DNA of 57,431 nt, taken from the IMG/VR virus record IMGVR_UViG_3300043652_000015, positions 1 to 57,431 of that record. The stretch is one strand, 5' to 3'. The notes beneath the pieces were generated by a model. That model did not search any database and had not been told where the DNA came from. It saw only the letters and a program-made list of their open reading frames with translations. A program made the translations under genes and the position numbers. Origin of the DNA: a virus. Its lineage: Duplodnaviria > Caudoviricetes. Positions 1 through 8,340 of the stretch are shown here, in pieces (the stretch's first letter is position 1; each line of letters starts with the position of its first letter).

Positions 1-121
1 AGAAATCGCCCTTCGGTACGGGTTGCCAAGCCCGTCAGCCCTCCCCCTGAGCCGCTGACCTGCACCTTCTCATTTGCCACGCCCCCGCGCCCTGGTGGCG
101 TGTCAGACCCTGGAGGTCGCC

Positions 122-550
122 ATGGGCACACGAGGACCCATCCCGAAGCGTTCCGAGGAGCGCCGCCGTACCAACAAGCCCACCGACGCAGAGCCCGTGA
201 AGGCCCCTACTGGCACTGAGGTGCTGTGGCCGGAGCCCGACATGGACTGGCACGACCTGGCGAGCGACTGGTACATGTCGCTCCAGGATTCAGGCCAGTC
301 CGTCTTCTATCAGCAGTCCGACGTGATGGTGGCCCGCTACCTCGCCGAGGCCATGTCGAGGAACCTTCAGGCTTCCCGGTTCTCCGCCCAGCTCTTCGCC
401 GCGGTGATGGCCGGCATGACCGAGCTCCTGACGACCGAGGGTGCGCGGCGCCGTGTGCGGGTCGAGCTGGAGCGCGCGCCGGCGGTTCAGCAGGCACCGG
501 TCGGCGTGACGGCGATCGCGGACTATCGTCGTGACCTCACCGGAGGCTGA
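122..550 (+). CDS. Terminase small subunit
   Basis: ATG at 122 after GGAGG (111-115); MGTRGPIPKRSEERRR N-terminus typical of actinophage TerS; directly precedes TerL. Confidence 0.85.
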   Translation: MGTRGPIPKRSEERRRTNKPTDAEPVKAPTGTEVLWPEPDMDWHDLASDWYMSLQDSGQSVFYQQSDVMVARYLAEAMSRNLQASRFSAQLFAAVMAGMTELLTTEGARRRVRVELERAPAVQQAPVGVTAIADYRRDLTGG

Positions 551-2270
551 CGGTCCGCAGGGGCCTGTCGTTCCGTTCACGATCGGCCCGACGTGGCAGC
601 GGGACGAAGACGGCCGGTTCGTCCTGCCGTCGTTCACGCTCGGCTGGCAGGCCTTGTCGTGGACGGCGACGTACCTGCAGCACAGCCTGGGCAAGCCGTG
701 GCGCTACACCAACGAGCAGGCCCGGCTGACCCTGTGGTGGTACGCGGTCGATCCGGTCACCGGCCAGTTCATCTGGCGTGACGGGGTTGTCCAGCGCCTC
801 AAGGGCTGGGGCAAGGACCCGCTCGTGGCCACCTGGTCGGCGTTCGAGTTCGTCGGACCGTGCCGACCCAGCGATGAGATTGCCGAGGAGGGCAACGAGT
901 GGGGTGTACCAGCCGGGCAGCCGCTCGGGATGCAGCACCCGCAGGCCTGGGTGCAGATCGCCGCGGTGTCGCAGGACCAGACCCGGAACACGATGACGCT
1001 GTTCCCGTCGCTGCTGACGAAGCGGGCGATCCAGGAGTTCAGCATCGACCTCGGCAAGGAGATCATCTACGCCGACAAGGGCCGCGCCCGGGTCGAGGCC
1101 GTGACGTCATCACCGCGGGCCCTGGAGGGTGGGCGGCCGACGTTCACGAGCCTGGGCGAGACGCACCACTGGTTGGAGTCGAACTCGGGGCACGAGATGG
1201 CCGCGGTCATCGAGCGCAACGCCACCAAGTCCGCGGACGGCTCGTCCCGGACCCTGGCGAACACCAACGCGTTCGAGCCCGGCGAGGACTCAGTCGCCGA
1301 GCGCACCCGGGACGCGTTCGAGACCGTCCAGGCCGGGCGCGCGGTCGACACGGGACTGTTCTACGACACCCTTGAGGCCCCGGCTGAGGCGAAGCTCACT
1401 GAGGCGTGGCTGCGGCCGACGTTGGAGGCGGTCCGCGGGGATTCGTCGTGGTTGAACATCGACCGGATCATGAAGTCGATCCTGGACCCGCGCAACCCGC
1501 CGTCCCGGTCGCGCCGCTTCTGGTTCAACCAGGTCGTGGCAGCCGAGGACTCGTGGATGGCCCGGTACGAATGGGATGCCTGCGCGAATCCCGCGATGGA
1601 GCTTGCCGACGGCGACCAGATCGTCATGTTCCTGGACTGCTCAAAGTCGAACGACGCCACCGGGCTTGCGGCTTGCCGCATGTCCGACGGCCTGGTCGTG
1701 ACGCTCGGGGTATGGCAGCGGCCCTCTCACCTGCACGCCGACGACCTGTGGAATGTGCCGCGCGAGCAGGTCGACGGTGTGGTGGAGAACGCCTTCGCCC
1801 GCTTCAAGGTGCTGGGGTTCTTCGCCGACCCGGGGTCGGGCGCGGATGACGACGGTGAGGCGTACTGGGACCCGTTCTTGGAGAAGTGGTCGCAGGCCTT
1901 CGGCAAGAAGCTCCTGGTCCACGCCGTGACGATGGGCGCGAAGCGGCAGGCGGTGCGCTGGGACATGCGCGACAGGCGCCGGCAGGAGCAGTTCACCGCG
2001 GCGGTGAAGTTCACCTACGAGGACATCCTCGAACGCCGCTTGGTCCATGACGGTCACAAGGTCATGCGGCAGCACGTGATCAACGCTCACCGGCGCACGA
2101 ATGCCTGGGGCATCACGATCGGCAAGGAGCACCGTGCATCGTCTCGCAAGGTCGACTTGGCGGTCTGCATGATCGGCGCCCGAATGCTTCGCCGTCAGGT
2201 CCTGAACAGCAGCGAGTACAGCAAGAAGAAGACGGTTCGCGGCAAGGGACGGGTGGTGGTGATGCGATGA
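531..2270 (+). CDS. Terminase large subunit
   Basis: Walker A-like RLKGWGKDP, VQIAAVSQDQT, Walker B-like LGETHHW, nuclease motifs FLDCSKSNDAT and KVDLAV. Confidence 0.95.
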   Translation: MTSPEADGPQGPVVPFTIGPTWQRDEDGRFVLPSFTLGWQALSWTATYLQHSLGKPWRYTNEQARLTLWWYAVDPVTGQFIWRDGVVQRLKGWGKDPLVATWSAFEFVGPCRPSDEIAEEGNEWGVPAGQPLGMQHPQAWVQIAAVSQDQTRNTMTLFPSLLTKRAIQEFSIDLGKEIIYADKGRARVEAVTSSPRALEGGRPTFTSLGETHHWLESNSGHEMAAVIERNATKSADGSSRTLANTNAFEPGEDSVAERTRDAFETVQAGRAVDTGLFYDTLEAPAEAKLTEAWLRPTLEAVRGDSSWLNIDRIMKSILDPRNPPSRSRRFWFNQVVAAEDSWMARYEWDACANPAMELADGDQIVMFLDCSKSNDATGLAACRMSDGLVVTLGVWQRPSHLHADDLWNVPREQVDGVVENAFARFKVLGFFADPGSGADDDGEAYWDPFLEKWSQAFGKKLLVHAVTMGAKRQAVRWDMRDRRRQEQFTAAVKFTYEDILERRLVHDGHKVMRQHVINAHRRTNAWGITIGKEHRASSRKVDLAVCMIGARMLRRQVLNSSEYSKKKTVRGKGRVVVMR

Positions 2271-3724
2271 CGACTGCCTATGACCCGCAGGCTCCTGAGC
2301 TGCTGGAGTTGCTGTCCCTGTCGGACGACGAGTTGGCGATCATCAGTGTGCTGCGGCAGCAGTTGCTGTCGGAGCGGTGGCACCTGGAGTTGAAGGACGC
2401 GTACTTCAACGGCGAGCAGTTGGTGCGCGACCTGGGGATCAGCATCCCGCCGCAGTTGAAGGGGCTGCATACGGTCATCGGGTGGCCGCGGATCGGCGTG
2501 GAGGCGTTGGAGCAGCGCCTGGACTTGGATGCGTTCCGGTGGGCGGACGGGTCGGATTCTTCGGATCTGATGGCGGTGACGTCGGCGAATGACTTGTTCG
2601 ATGAGTCGTCGTTGGCGCATACGGATGCGCTGATCTACGGCAGGTCGCTGATCACGGTGGGGTCGGGTGACTGCGGCGGTGATGACTGCCCGGCGCTGGT
2701 GAGTATCGAGTCGCCGTTGGACATGGCGGTGCTGTGGGATGCGCGGTCGCGGACGGTGCTGGCTGCTCTGCGGGAGTGCCGCCCGGATCTGTTGGCGCCG
2801 GAGTTGGTCGACGACCGGATGATCGTGCTGTACCTGCCGGACCAGACCATTCAGGCGGTCCCGGCGGACTCGGGTGTCGGCTGGATCGTCGTGGACCGGG
2901 ACATGCACGGCCTCGGCGTGGTGCCGGTGGTGCGGATGTCGAACCGGCAGCGTGCGGGTGACCGTGTGGGCCGGTCGGAGATCACCGCCGATGTCATGTC
3001 GATCACGGATGCGGCGTGCCGCAGGTTGATGGGCATCGAGGTCGCGGCGGAGTTCTTCGGCGCGCCGCAACGCTACATCTTGGGTGCGACCGAGGAGGCG
3101 TTCCAGGACGCGGAGGGCAACGCCAAGTCGGCGTGGGAGACGTATATCGGGCGGATGCTGGCGCTGGAGCGGGACGAGGACGGGAACATCCCGGAGGTCG
3201 GCCAGTTCGCGGCGCATGACCCGTCCGGCCAGACGAAGATCATCGACTTGTATGCCCGGATCATGGCGACGCAGCTTGGTCTGCCGCCGCACATGCTGGG
3301 CTACACCTCGGACAACCCGGCGTCGGCGGACGCGATCCGTTCCTCCGAAGGCATGCTGATCAAGAAGGCCGAGCGGCGTCAGCGCAGGTTCGGTGCGTCG
3401 TGGGTGCAGGCGATGCGCTTGGCACTGTGGGTGCAGAACGGTGAGCCGCCCGACAAGCAGAAGGTCATCGAGCCGATCTGGCGCAACGCCGCCACCCCGA
3501 CCGTCGCGGCGTCCACGGATGCCGCGGTGAAGCTCGTGACGGCGAACATCCTCCCGGCAGAGTCCGACATCACGCTGCAGATGGTGGGGCTGACGCAGTC
3601 GCAGATCATGCAGGTGCAGGCTGACCGGAAGCGCCTGGGTGGCCAGCAGGCTGCGGCGGCGATTCTGGCGCGGCTGGATGGTCTTCAGCAGATAGGCAAC
3701 GTTGATGCCGCAGCCGGTAACTGA
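2267..3724 (+). CDS. Portal protein (SPP1 Gp6-like)
   Basis: 485 aa after TerL with ATGA overlap; GWPRIGVEALEQRL, GRSEIT, EFFGAPQRYILG, NPASADAI motifs. Confidence 0.93.
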   Translation: MTTAYDPQAPELLELLSLSDDELAIISVLRQQLLSERWHLELKDAYFNGEQLVRDLGISIPPQLKGLHTVIGWPRIGVEALEQRLDLDAFRWADGSDSSDLMAVTSANDLFDESSLAHTDALIYGRSLITVGSGDCGGDDCPALVSIESPLDMAVLWDARSRTVLAALRECRPDLLAPELVDDRMIVLYLPDQTIQAVPADSGVGWIVVDRDMHGLGVVPVVRMSNRQRAGDRVGRSEITADVMSITDAACRRLMGIEVAAEFFGAPQRYILGATEEAFQDAEGNAKSAWETYIGRMLALERDEDGNIPEVGQFAAHDPSGQTKIIDLYARIMATQLGLPPHMLGYTSDNPASADAIRSSEGMLIKKAERRQRRFGASWVQAMRLALWVQNGEPPDKQKVIEPIWRNAATPTVAASTDAAVKLVTANILPAESDITLQMVGLTQSQIMQVQADRKRLGGQQAAAAILARLDGLQQIGNVDAAAGN

Positions 3725-5606
3725 CGGGTCGGCAAGTGCCGCGCAGGCGCGTGCAGCGCAGGCGGGGCTGACGAAGCTCCTGGCGAGGGATATGCAGGCG
3801 CTCCGGAAGCTGATCGTGCCTTCGCGGATGCAGCAGACGGTGCCGCAGTGGATCCTCGCCGTCCGGGCCCTGGTGGGCCAGTACAGCAAGGCGTCGTCGT
3901 CGCTGGCGGCGGACTACTACGACGCGGAACGGGTGGCTTCGCGGGTGACGGGCCGGTTCACTGTGCCGTTGCTGGATCCGCCGTCGGATGAGCAGATCGA
4001 GGCGTCGCTGCGGTGGGCCACGAAGGACCTGTGGCCCCGTGATCCGGATGATCCGGCGACGACTCCGGTGCAGAAGCTGCCGTTGGAGCAGCGCCTGGAC
4101 GCGGCGGAGGTCAAGTCGGAGGCGGTGGCGCAGAAGCTGGTGACCGACACCGGTCGCGGAACGGTGCGCAGAGCCGTCCAGAGCGACCGGACGGCCGTCG
4201 GCTACGCGCGGGCCGCAGCGCTGGGGGCCTGCGCCTTCTGCCGACTCATGGCCAGCCGAGGCATGGTTTTCAAGTCGGCCGAATCGGCAGGACGGAACGC
4301 CAATAGCCAGTTCAGCGGCAACGACAGCACCGTGAAGTTCCACGACAACTGCGTCCCGGCCGGGACGCTAGTCGATGGGCCTGCCGCTGAAGTTGGCTAC
4401 CGACGGTACTACGAGGGGGAAATGCTGGTCATTGGCACTGCCGCTGGCCATGAGCTTTCCATCACCCCGAATCACCCGGTACTGACGGACCGAGGCTGGG
4501 TTCCGGCTGGCCTGCTGAGCCCAGGTGATCACGTACTCAGCAGCCTCGATGCACAAGGGAGCTCTCTTCAGGTCCCAGATGAAGAGCATGTGCCATCCCG
4601 CATCGAGGATGTATGGGGTGCGCTGAGCGTGCTCGGTCTTGTAGGCGTGCCAGTTGCCCCCGAGGACTTCCACGGCGACGGGGCCGACGGCGAAGTCCAT
4701 GTTGTACGAGCCGACGGCCTTCTGTGGCGTCACTCGGATGCCTGGGCCCTGGAGGTACTTGCCGAACTGGAACTCTCGCTCGCTTGCGTGCGCGAGAGTC
4801 TGTTCACGCTGCTGGGCTCGTCGGAAGAGCTCGCTGGCCGGGGCCTTGCGACCACGAACGGCATCGTGCGCGGCCTCTGTGAGTTGGAGTCGCTCCTCCT
4901 CGCTGAGCTGGGCAAGCCGGTTGGTCTGAGCGTCGCTGCGCCCGCGTATTGGCGCCTCGGCTTCGACGAGTACGCGGCGGATCACGCCGCGTGCGATCTC
5001 GAAGCGCGCGGCGAGAGCGAGTTCGCTCTCGCCTTGAAGGTAGGCAGCGACGATTTCAGCGGAGGGGAGATCGGCCTTCTGGCTGCGGGCGCTGATCCCC
5101 CGTTTGCTCAGCTCCCTGCACAGCACCGAGGTGCTGACGCCGCATTCGGCGTAGACCTCAGCGCCGTTCTTGCCTGCCAGATAGAGCGCGACCGCCCGGT
5201 CGAGCTTGGCGGTGGTAGTGCGGTAGGGGCGCCTCGGTTCGATCCCCCGGTCCCTTACGGCTCGGTGGATGGTCCCGGCGCTTATGCCGAGTTGGGCCGA
5301 GACCTGGGCGAACGTCTTGCCGGTCGCGTACAGCGCGACCGCATCGTCGAGGTCCGCCGGATTGATTTTGTTGGCGATGTCTACAACCTCCAGACGGCTC
5401 AAGGCTGGTACCGAGCCGATGGGGTAATTGTATCAAATTGCCACTGCCAATTGATCCCGGTCTTCAAGGGTCAGAAGTTCAACCTGTCCCCGCAGGCCGC
5501 AGAGTGGGCCCGCATCTACGAGGAGTACGCCGCCCCGTACTCGGGTGACCAGTTGAACCGCTTCCGGCAGGCCTTGGCCGCTCACGGGCACACGCCCGTC
5601 CTCTGA
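3705..5606 (+). CDS. MuF-like minor head / capsid maturation protein, interrupted by an intein
   Basis: Between portal and scaffold; GYAR..ACAFCRLMASRG; the H-D-N-/C-H-C motif is restored after removing 4350-5438 (spliced product ~270 aa). Confidence 0.85.
   Translation: MPQPVTDGSASAAQARAAQAGLTKLLARDMQALRKLIVPSRMQQTVPQWILAVRALVGQYSKASSSLAADYYDAERVASRVTGRFTVPLLDPPSDEQIEASLRWATKDLWPRDPDDPATTPVQKLPLEQRLDAAEVKSEAVAQKLVTDTGRGTVRRAVQSDRTAVGYARAAALGACAFCRLMASRGMVFKSAESAGRNANSQFSGNDSTVKFHDNCVPAGTLVDGPAAEVGYRRYYEGEMLVIGTAAGHELSITPNHPVLTDRGWVPAGLLSPGDHVLSSLDAQGSSLQVPDEEHVPSRIEDVWGALSVLGLVGVPVAPEDFHGDGADGEVHVVRADGLLWRHSDAWALEVLAELELSLACVRESLFTLLGSSEELAGRGLATTNGIVRGLCELESLLLAELGKPVGLSVAAPAYWRLGFDEYAADHAACDLEARGESEFALALKVGSDDFSGGEIGLLAAGADPPFAQLPAQHRGADAAFGVDLSAVLACQIERDRPVELGGGSAVGAPRFDPPVPYGSVDGPGAYAELGRDLGERLAGRVQRDRIVEVRRIDFVGDVYNLQTAQGWYRADGVIVSNCHCQLIPVFKGQKFNLSPQAAEWARIYEEYAAPYSGDQLNRFRQALAAHGHTPVL
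4368..5378 (-). CDS. Antisense, intein-nested HTH-repeat + Vsr/DUF559-like endonuclease (putative homing endonuclease); start uncertain (ATC 5378 or TTG 5402)
   Basis: Three HTH-like repeats (AVALYATGKTFAQVSAQLGISAGTIHRAV; AVALYLAGKNGAEVYAECGVSTSVL; IVAAYLQGESELALAARFEIARGVIRRVL), then ASERE..QKAVGSYNMDFAVGPVAVEVLGGNWH..R..ILDAGWHMLFIW. Confidence 0.85.
   Translation of the reverse strand: MANKINPADLDDAVALYATGKTFAQVSAQLGISAGTIHRAVRDRGIEPRRPYRTTTAKLDRAVALYLAGKNGAEVYAECGVSTSVLCRELSKRGISARSQKADLPSAEIVAAYLQGESELALAARFEIARGVIRRVLVEAEAPIRGRSDAQTNRLAQLSEEERLQLTEAAHDAVRGRKAPASELFRRAQQREQTLAHASEREFQFGKYLQGPGIRVTPQKAVGSYNMDFAVGPVAVEVLGGNWHAYKTEHAQRTPYILDAGWHMLFIWDLKRAPLCIEAAEYVITWAQQASRNPASVRQYRVIRGDGKLMASGSANDQHFPLVVPSVANFSGRPID
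5427..5435 (-). promoter_or_regulatory. Putative extended -10 promoter (TGATACAAT) for the antisense nuclease
   Basis: Reverse complement of ATTGTATCA; AT-rich codons GTA ATT GTA TCA AAT in a high-GC genome; about 35 nt upstream of a minus-strand GGAGG. Confidence 0.55.
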
Positions 5607-5674
5607 CTTTCTGACCCCTTTCCCTGGCCGCCCTGGTGGCGGCCTTTTCCATGCCCCAGGAGGGCCGCTTCGCC

Positions 5675-6322
5675 ATGCCCGAGAACACCGAGACCGACAC
5701 GCAGACCGAGACCGAGGACACCACCACCACCGAGGTGGAGGAGACGGCCGAGGAGCAGGGCGCGGAGGTTGCCGAGTCCGCTGAGCAGGCCCAGGAGGCC
5801 GAGGAGCAGACGGAGAAGCCGTTCGACCGCGCCCAGGCCGAGGCGAAGATCCGCAAGGCGAACTCGGAGGCCCAGAACCTCCGCAAGCGCCTGAAGGAGC
5901 TGGAGCCGAAGGCCGCCGAGCTGCAGCGCATCAAGGACGCCGAGAAGTCCGACACGGAGCGCCTGAGCGACCAGTTGACGGCCGCGAACGAGCGCATCGC
6001 GAAGACCCGCACGGCCCTGGCGAAGAGCCAGGTCCAGAAGCTCGCCGGGGCCACGTTCGCGGACCCGGAGGACGCGGTCACCGCCCTGGATCTCGACTCC
6101 TACATCGACGACGAGGGCGAGATCGACGAGGCCGCGATCGAGGCGGACCTGACGGACCTCCTCGCACGAAAGCCGCACTGGGCCCGTGCCCAGCCTGTGC
6201 AGCCCCAGGAGGGCGCGCGGCGGCCCGCACCGGATCGCACTCAGGCGTCCGGCGCCAACAAGACCCGACCCGCCAACCCGGCTGACGAGTTCTCCGGGTG
6301 GCTGAAGTCGCAGCTCAAGTAG
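5675..6322 (+). CDS. Capsid scaffolding protein
   Basis: Acidic N-terminus, coiled coil KIRKANSEAQNLRKRLKE, C-terminal PAPDRTQAS; precedes capsid. Confidence 0.85.
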   Translation: MPENTETDTQTETEDTTTTEVEETAEEQGAEVAESAEQAQEAEEQTEKPFDRAQAEAKIRKANSEAQNLRKRLKELEPKAAELQRIKDAEKSDTERLSDQLTAANERIAKTRTALAKSQVQKLAGATFADPEDAVTALDLDSYIDDEGEIDEAAIEADLTDLLARKPHWARAQPVQPQEGARRPAPDRTQASGANKTRPANPADEFSGWLKSQLK

Positions 6323-6342
6323 CTGCCGAAAGCGAGTACACC

Positions 6343-7296
6343 GTGGCTACTGCCGCAATCAAGCTGTCCGACCTCAACGCATCACTCCTGCCGCCGAACA
6401 TCACGGCCCCGATCTTCGAGAAGTCCGTGGAGCAGTCCGCGGTGATGTCGCTGGCCCGGCCGGCGCCGCTGTCGATCGACGCGACGACGGTCATCCCGAT
6501 CCCGATGGACGTCCCGACGGCGGACTGGGTCGGCTCGGCCCAGCGGAAGCCGCTGAGCTCGGGTGGTATCGACATCAAGTCGATGTCGGCGAAGAAGCTC
6601 GCCGTGCTGATCCCGGTCTCGGAAGAGGTCGCGATGACGAACGCGGCGGGCCTGTACGCGCAGCTGCAGCGCGACCTGCCGACCGCGTTCGCCCGGGCGT
6701 TCGACATGGCGGCGATCCACGGCAAGACCATGCGCGGGGCGACCGGCCCGTTCGGTGACTACCTGGCGATGACGACGAACACCATCGCCCTGGGTACCGC
6801 CAGCCAGTCGACGGGTGGGATCTGGAAGGACTTCGTCGCCGGGATGGCGGAGGTCGTCGACGACGACTGGGACTACACCGGCACCGTCGCCGACCACCGG
6901 CTGAAGCCGCTGCTGCTCCAGGCCACGGACACCACGGGTCGGCCGATCCTGGTCGACACCACGATCCCGGGCACGCAGATGGCCGCAGCTGGCACGCTGA
7001 TCGGCGAGCCGCTGGCGTACTCCCGCAGCGTGTCGGGCAAGCAGCGGCGTCAGTCGTCGAGCACCGACTCGGGTCTGCGGGCGGTGGGCGGGGACTGGTC
7101 GCAGGCGGCCTACGGCGTCGGCATGGACATCACCGTGCGGATCAGCAAGGAAGCCACCTACATCGACGAGGACGGCGGCGTCCACAGCGCGTTCCAGGAG
7201 AACCTGGTGCTGCTGCTCGCGGAGGCGTACTACGGGTACGTGCAGGGTGACGCGCAGGCGTTCGTGACCTACACCGGCACTCCGAGCGGGTCCTGA
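6343..7296 (+). CDS. Major capsid protein (HK97 fold)
   Basis: GTG 6343; KKLAVLIPVSEE, AFARAFDMAAIHG, DTTGRPIL, GDWSQ, FQENLVLLLAE. Confidence 0.93.
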   Translation: MATAAIKLSDLNASLLPPNITAPIFEKSVEQSAVMSLARPAPLSIDATTVIPIPMDVPTADWVGSAQRKPLSSGGIDIKSMSAKKLAVLIPVSEEVAMTNAAGLYAQLQRDLPTAFARAFDMAAIHGKTMRGATGPFGDYLAMTTNTIALGTASQSTGGIWKDFVAGMAEVVDDDWDYTGTVADHRLKPLLLQATDTTGRPILVDTTIPGTQMAAAGTLIGEPLAYSRSVSGKQRRQSSSTDSGLRAVGGDWSQAAYGVGMDITVRISKEATYIDEDGGVHSAFQENLVLLLAEAYYGYVQGDAQAFVTYTGTPSGS

Positions 7297-8330
7297 TGGT
7301 GGCCGTCCCGGCTTCCGCGCCGGGCGGGACGGCCAAGCCGCGAAGGATCATCGCCCGGGTGCATGCCGCACCGCCGGAGCACAATGCCGGGGCCGAGCAC
7401 ATGCTGATGTCGATGCTGCGGCCCCTGGTGGGTCGCGGCCACGACGTGCAGGTGTGGCTGTCCCGGTACGGCAAGGCGACCAAGGCCTACGAGTACCAGG
7501 GCGTGAAGGTCGTCCCTCTGCCCGCCCGCCTGGACTTCTCCCTGGCGGTGCGCCGCGCCGATGTGCTGGTCTCGCACCTGGAGTGCGTTCCGGCTACGGC
7601 GTCTTTGGCCCGCGGGTACGGCAAGCCGCTGGTGGTGGTGTGCCACAACACGCACAGGCCTTCGTTCCGTGACATGGCTGCTGGTGGTACGTCGCTGGCG
7701 GTGTACAACTCGCTGTGGATGCAGGCGGAGGCGGAGCTGTTCTTCGCCGAGTACCCGCAGGGTGTTCGCCCGGGCAGCACCCTGGTGGTGCGTCCGCCGG
7801 TGTTCGCCGAGGAGTACGCGACCAAGCCGGGCGACTGCGTGACGTTGATCAACTGCTACACCGAGAAGGGTGGTCACACTCTGGAGCGCCTGGCCCGGCG
7901 CATGCCGGACGTCAAGTTCCTGGGTGTGCGCGGTGCTTACGGTGAGCAGGTGCTTCCGGATCTTCCGAACGTGGAGATCCTCGACCACGTCCCGGGTGAT
8001 CAGATGCGGGAGCGGGTGTATGCCCGCACGAAGGTCCTGATCATGCCGTCCTCCTACGAGTCGTGGGGCCGGGTCGGGGCTGAGGCCTTGGCCTCCGGTA
8101 TCCCCGTCGTGGCCCACCCGACGCCGGGTCTGACGGAGTCCCTGGCCAGTGGCGGGATCTTCGTGGAGCGCGAGGACATCGCCGGGCACGAACTGGTGCT
8201 CCGGAAACTCCTGGGCTCCACGTCCGAGTACCGGCTCGCGTCGAAGCGGGCCCTGGCCCGCAGCGCCGAGCTCGACCCCTCCGATGAGCTGGCCGCCTGG
8301 TGCGGCACGGTGGAGGCCCTGGCCCGATAG
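7296..8330 (+). CDS. Glycosyltransferase, GT-B / GT4-like
   Basis: HNAGAEH, GHDVQV, EKGG, MPSSYESWGRVGAEALASGIPVV (EX7E); TGATG-coupled to the capsid stop. Confidence 0.9.
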   Translation: MVAVPASAPGGTAKPRRIIARVHAAPPEHNAGAEHMLMSMLRPLVGRGHDVQVWLSRYGKATKAYEYQGVKVVPLPARLDFSLAVRRADVLVSHLECVPATASLARGYGKPLVVVCHNTHRPSFRDMAAGGTSLAVYNSLWMQAEAELFFAEYPQGVRPGSTLVVRPPVFAEEYATKPGDCVTLINCYTEKGGHTLERLARRMPDVKFLGVRGAYGEQVLPDLPNVEILDHVPGDQMRERVYARTKVLIMPSSYESWGRVGAEALASGIPVVAHPTPGLTESLASGGIFVEREDIAGHELVLRKLLGSTSEYRLASKRALARSAELDPSDELAAWCGTVEALAR

Positions 8331-8340
8331 GAGGCTGACG

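Larger units (their letters stand above)
4350..5438 (+). mobile_element. Intein (363 aa), Cys1...Ser-Asn / Cys+1
   Basis: Block A CVPAGTLV; block B LSITPNHPVLTDRGWVPAGLL (TxxH); block F GDVYNLQT; block G YRADGVIVSN followed by extein Cys. Confidence 0.92.

Noticed and set aside
19-30. CGGGTTGCC resembling my recollection of phiC31 phage-specific promoters
   Set aside because: Short single match, not noticed again in the window, and I cannot verify the consensus.
2195-3889. Long antisense ORFs over portal, tape measure, tailspike etc. (e.g. 2195-3889, 11948-14356, 14495-15745, 20095-22431, 55707-57314)
   Set aside because: These are shadow ORFs expected in high-GC DNA; they show no domain motifs or obvious RBS. 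This is why the intein antisense gene is argued from its domain content and signals, not from being open.
4560-5330. An in-frame endonuclease in the sense strand of the intein
   Set aside because: No LAGLIDADG, HNH or GIY-YIG motif is visible; the composition fits the reverse complement of the minus-strand gene.
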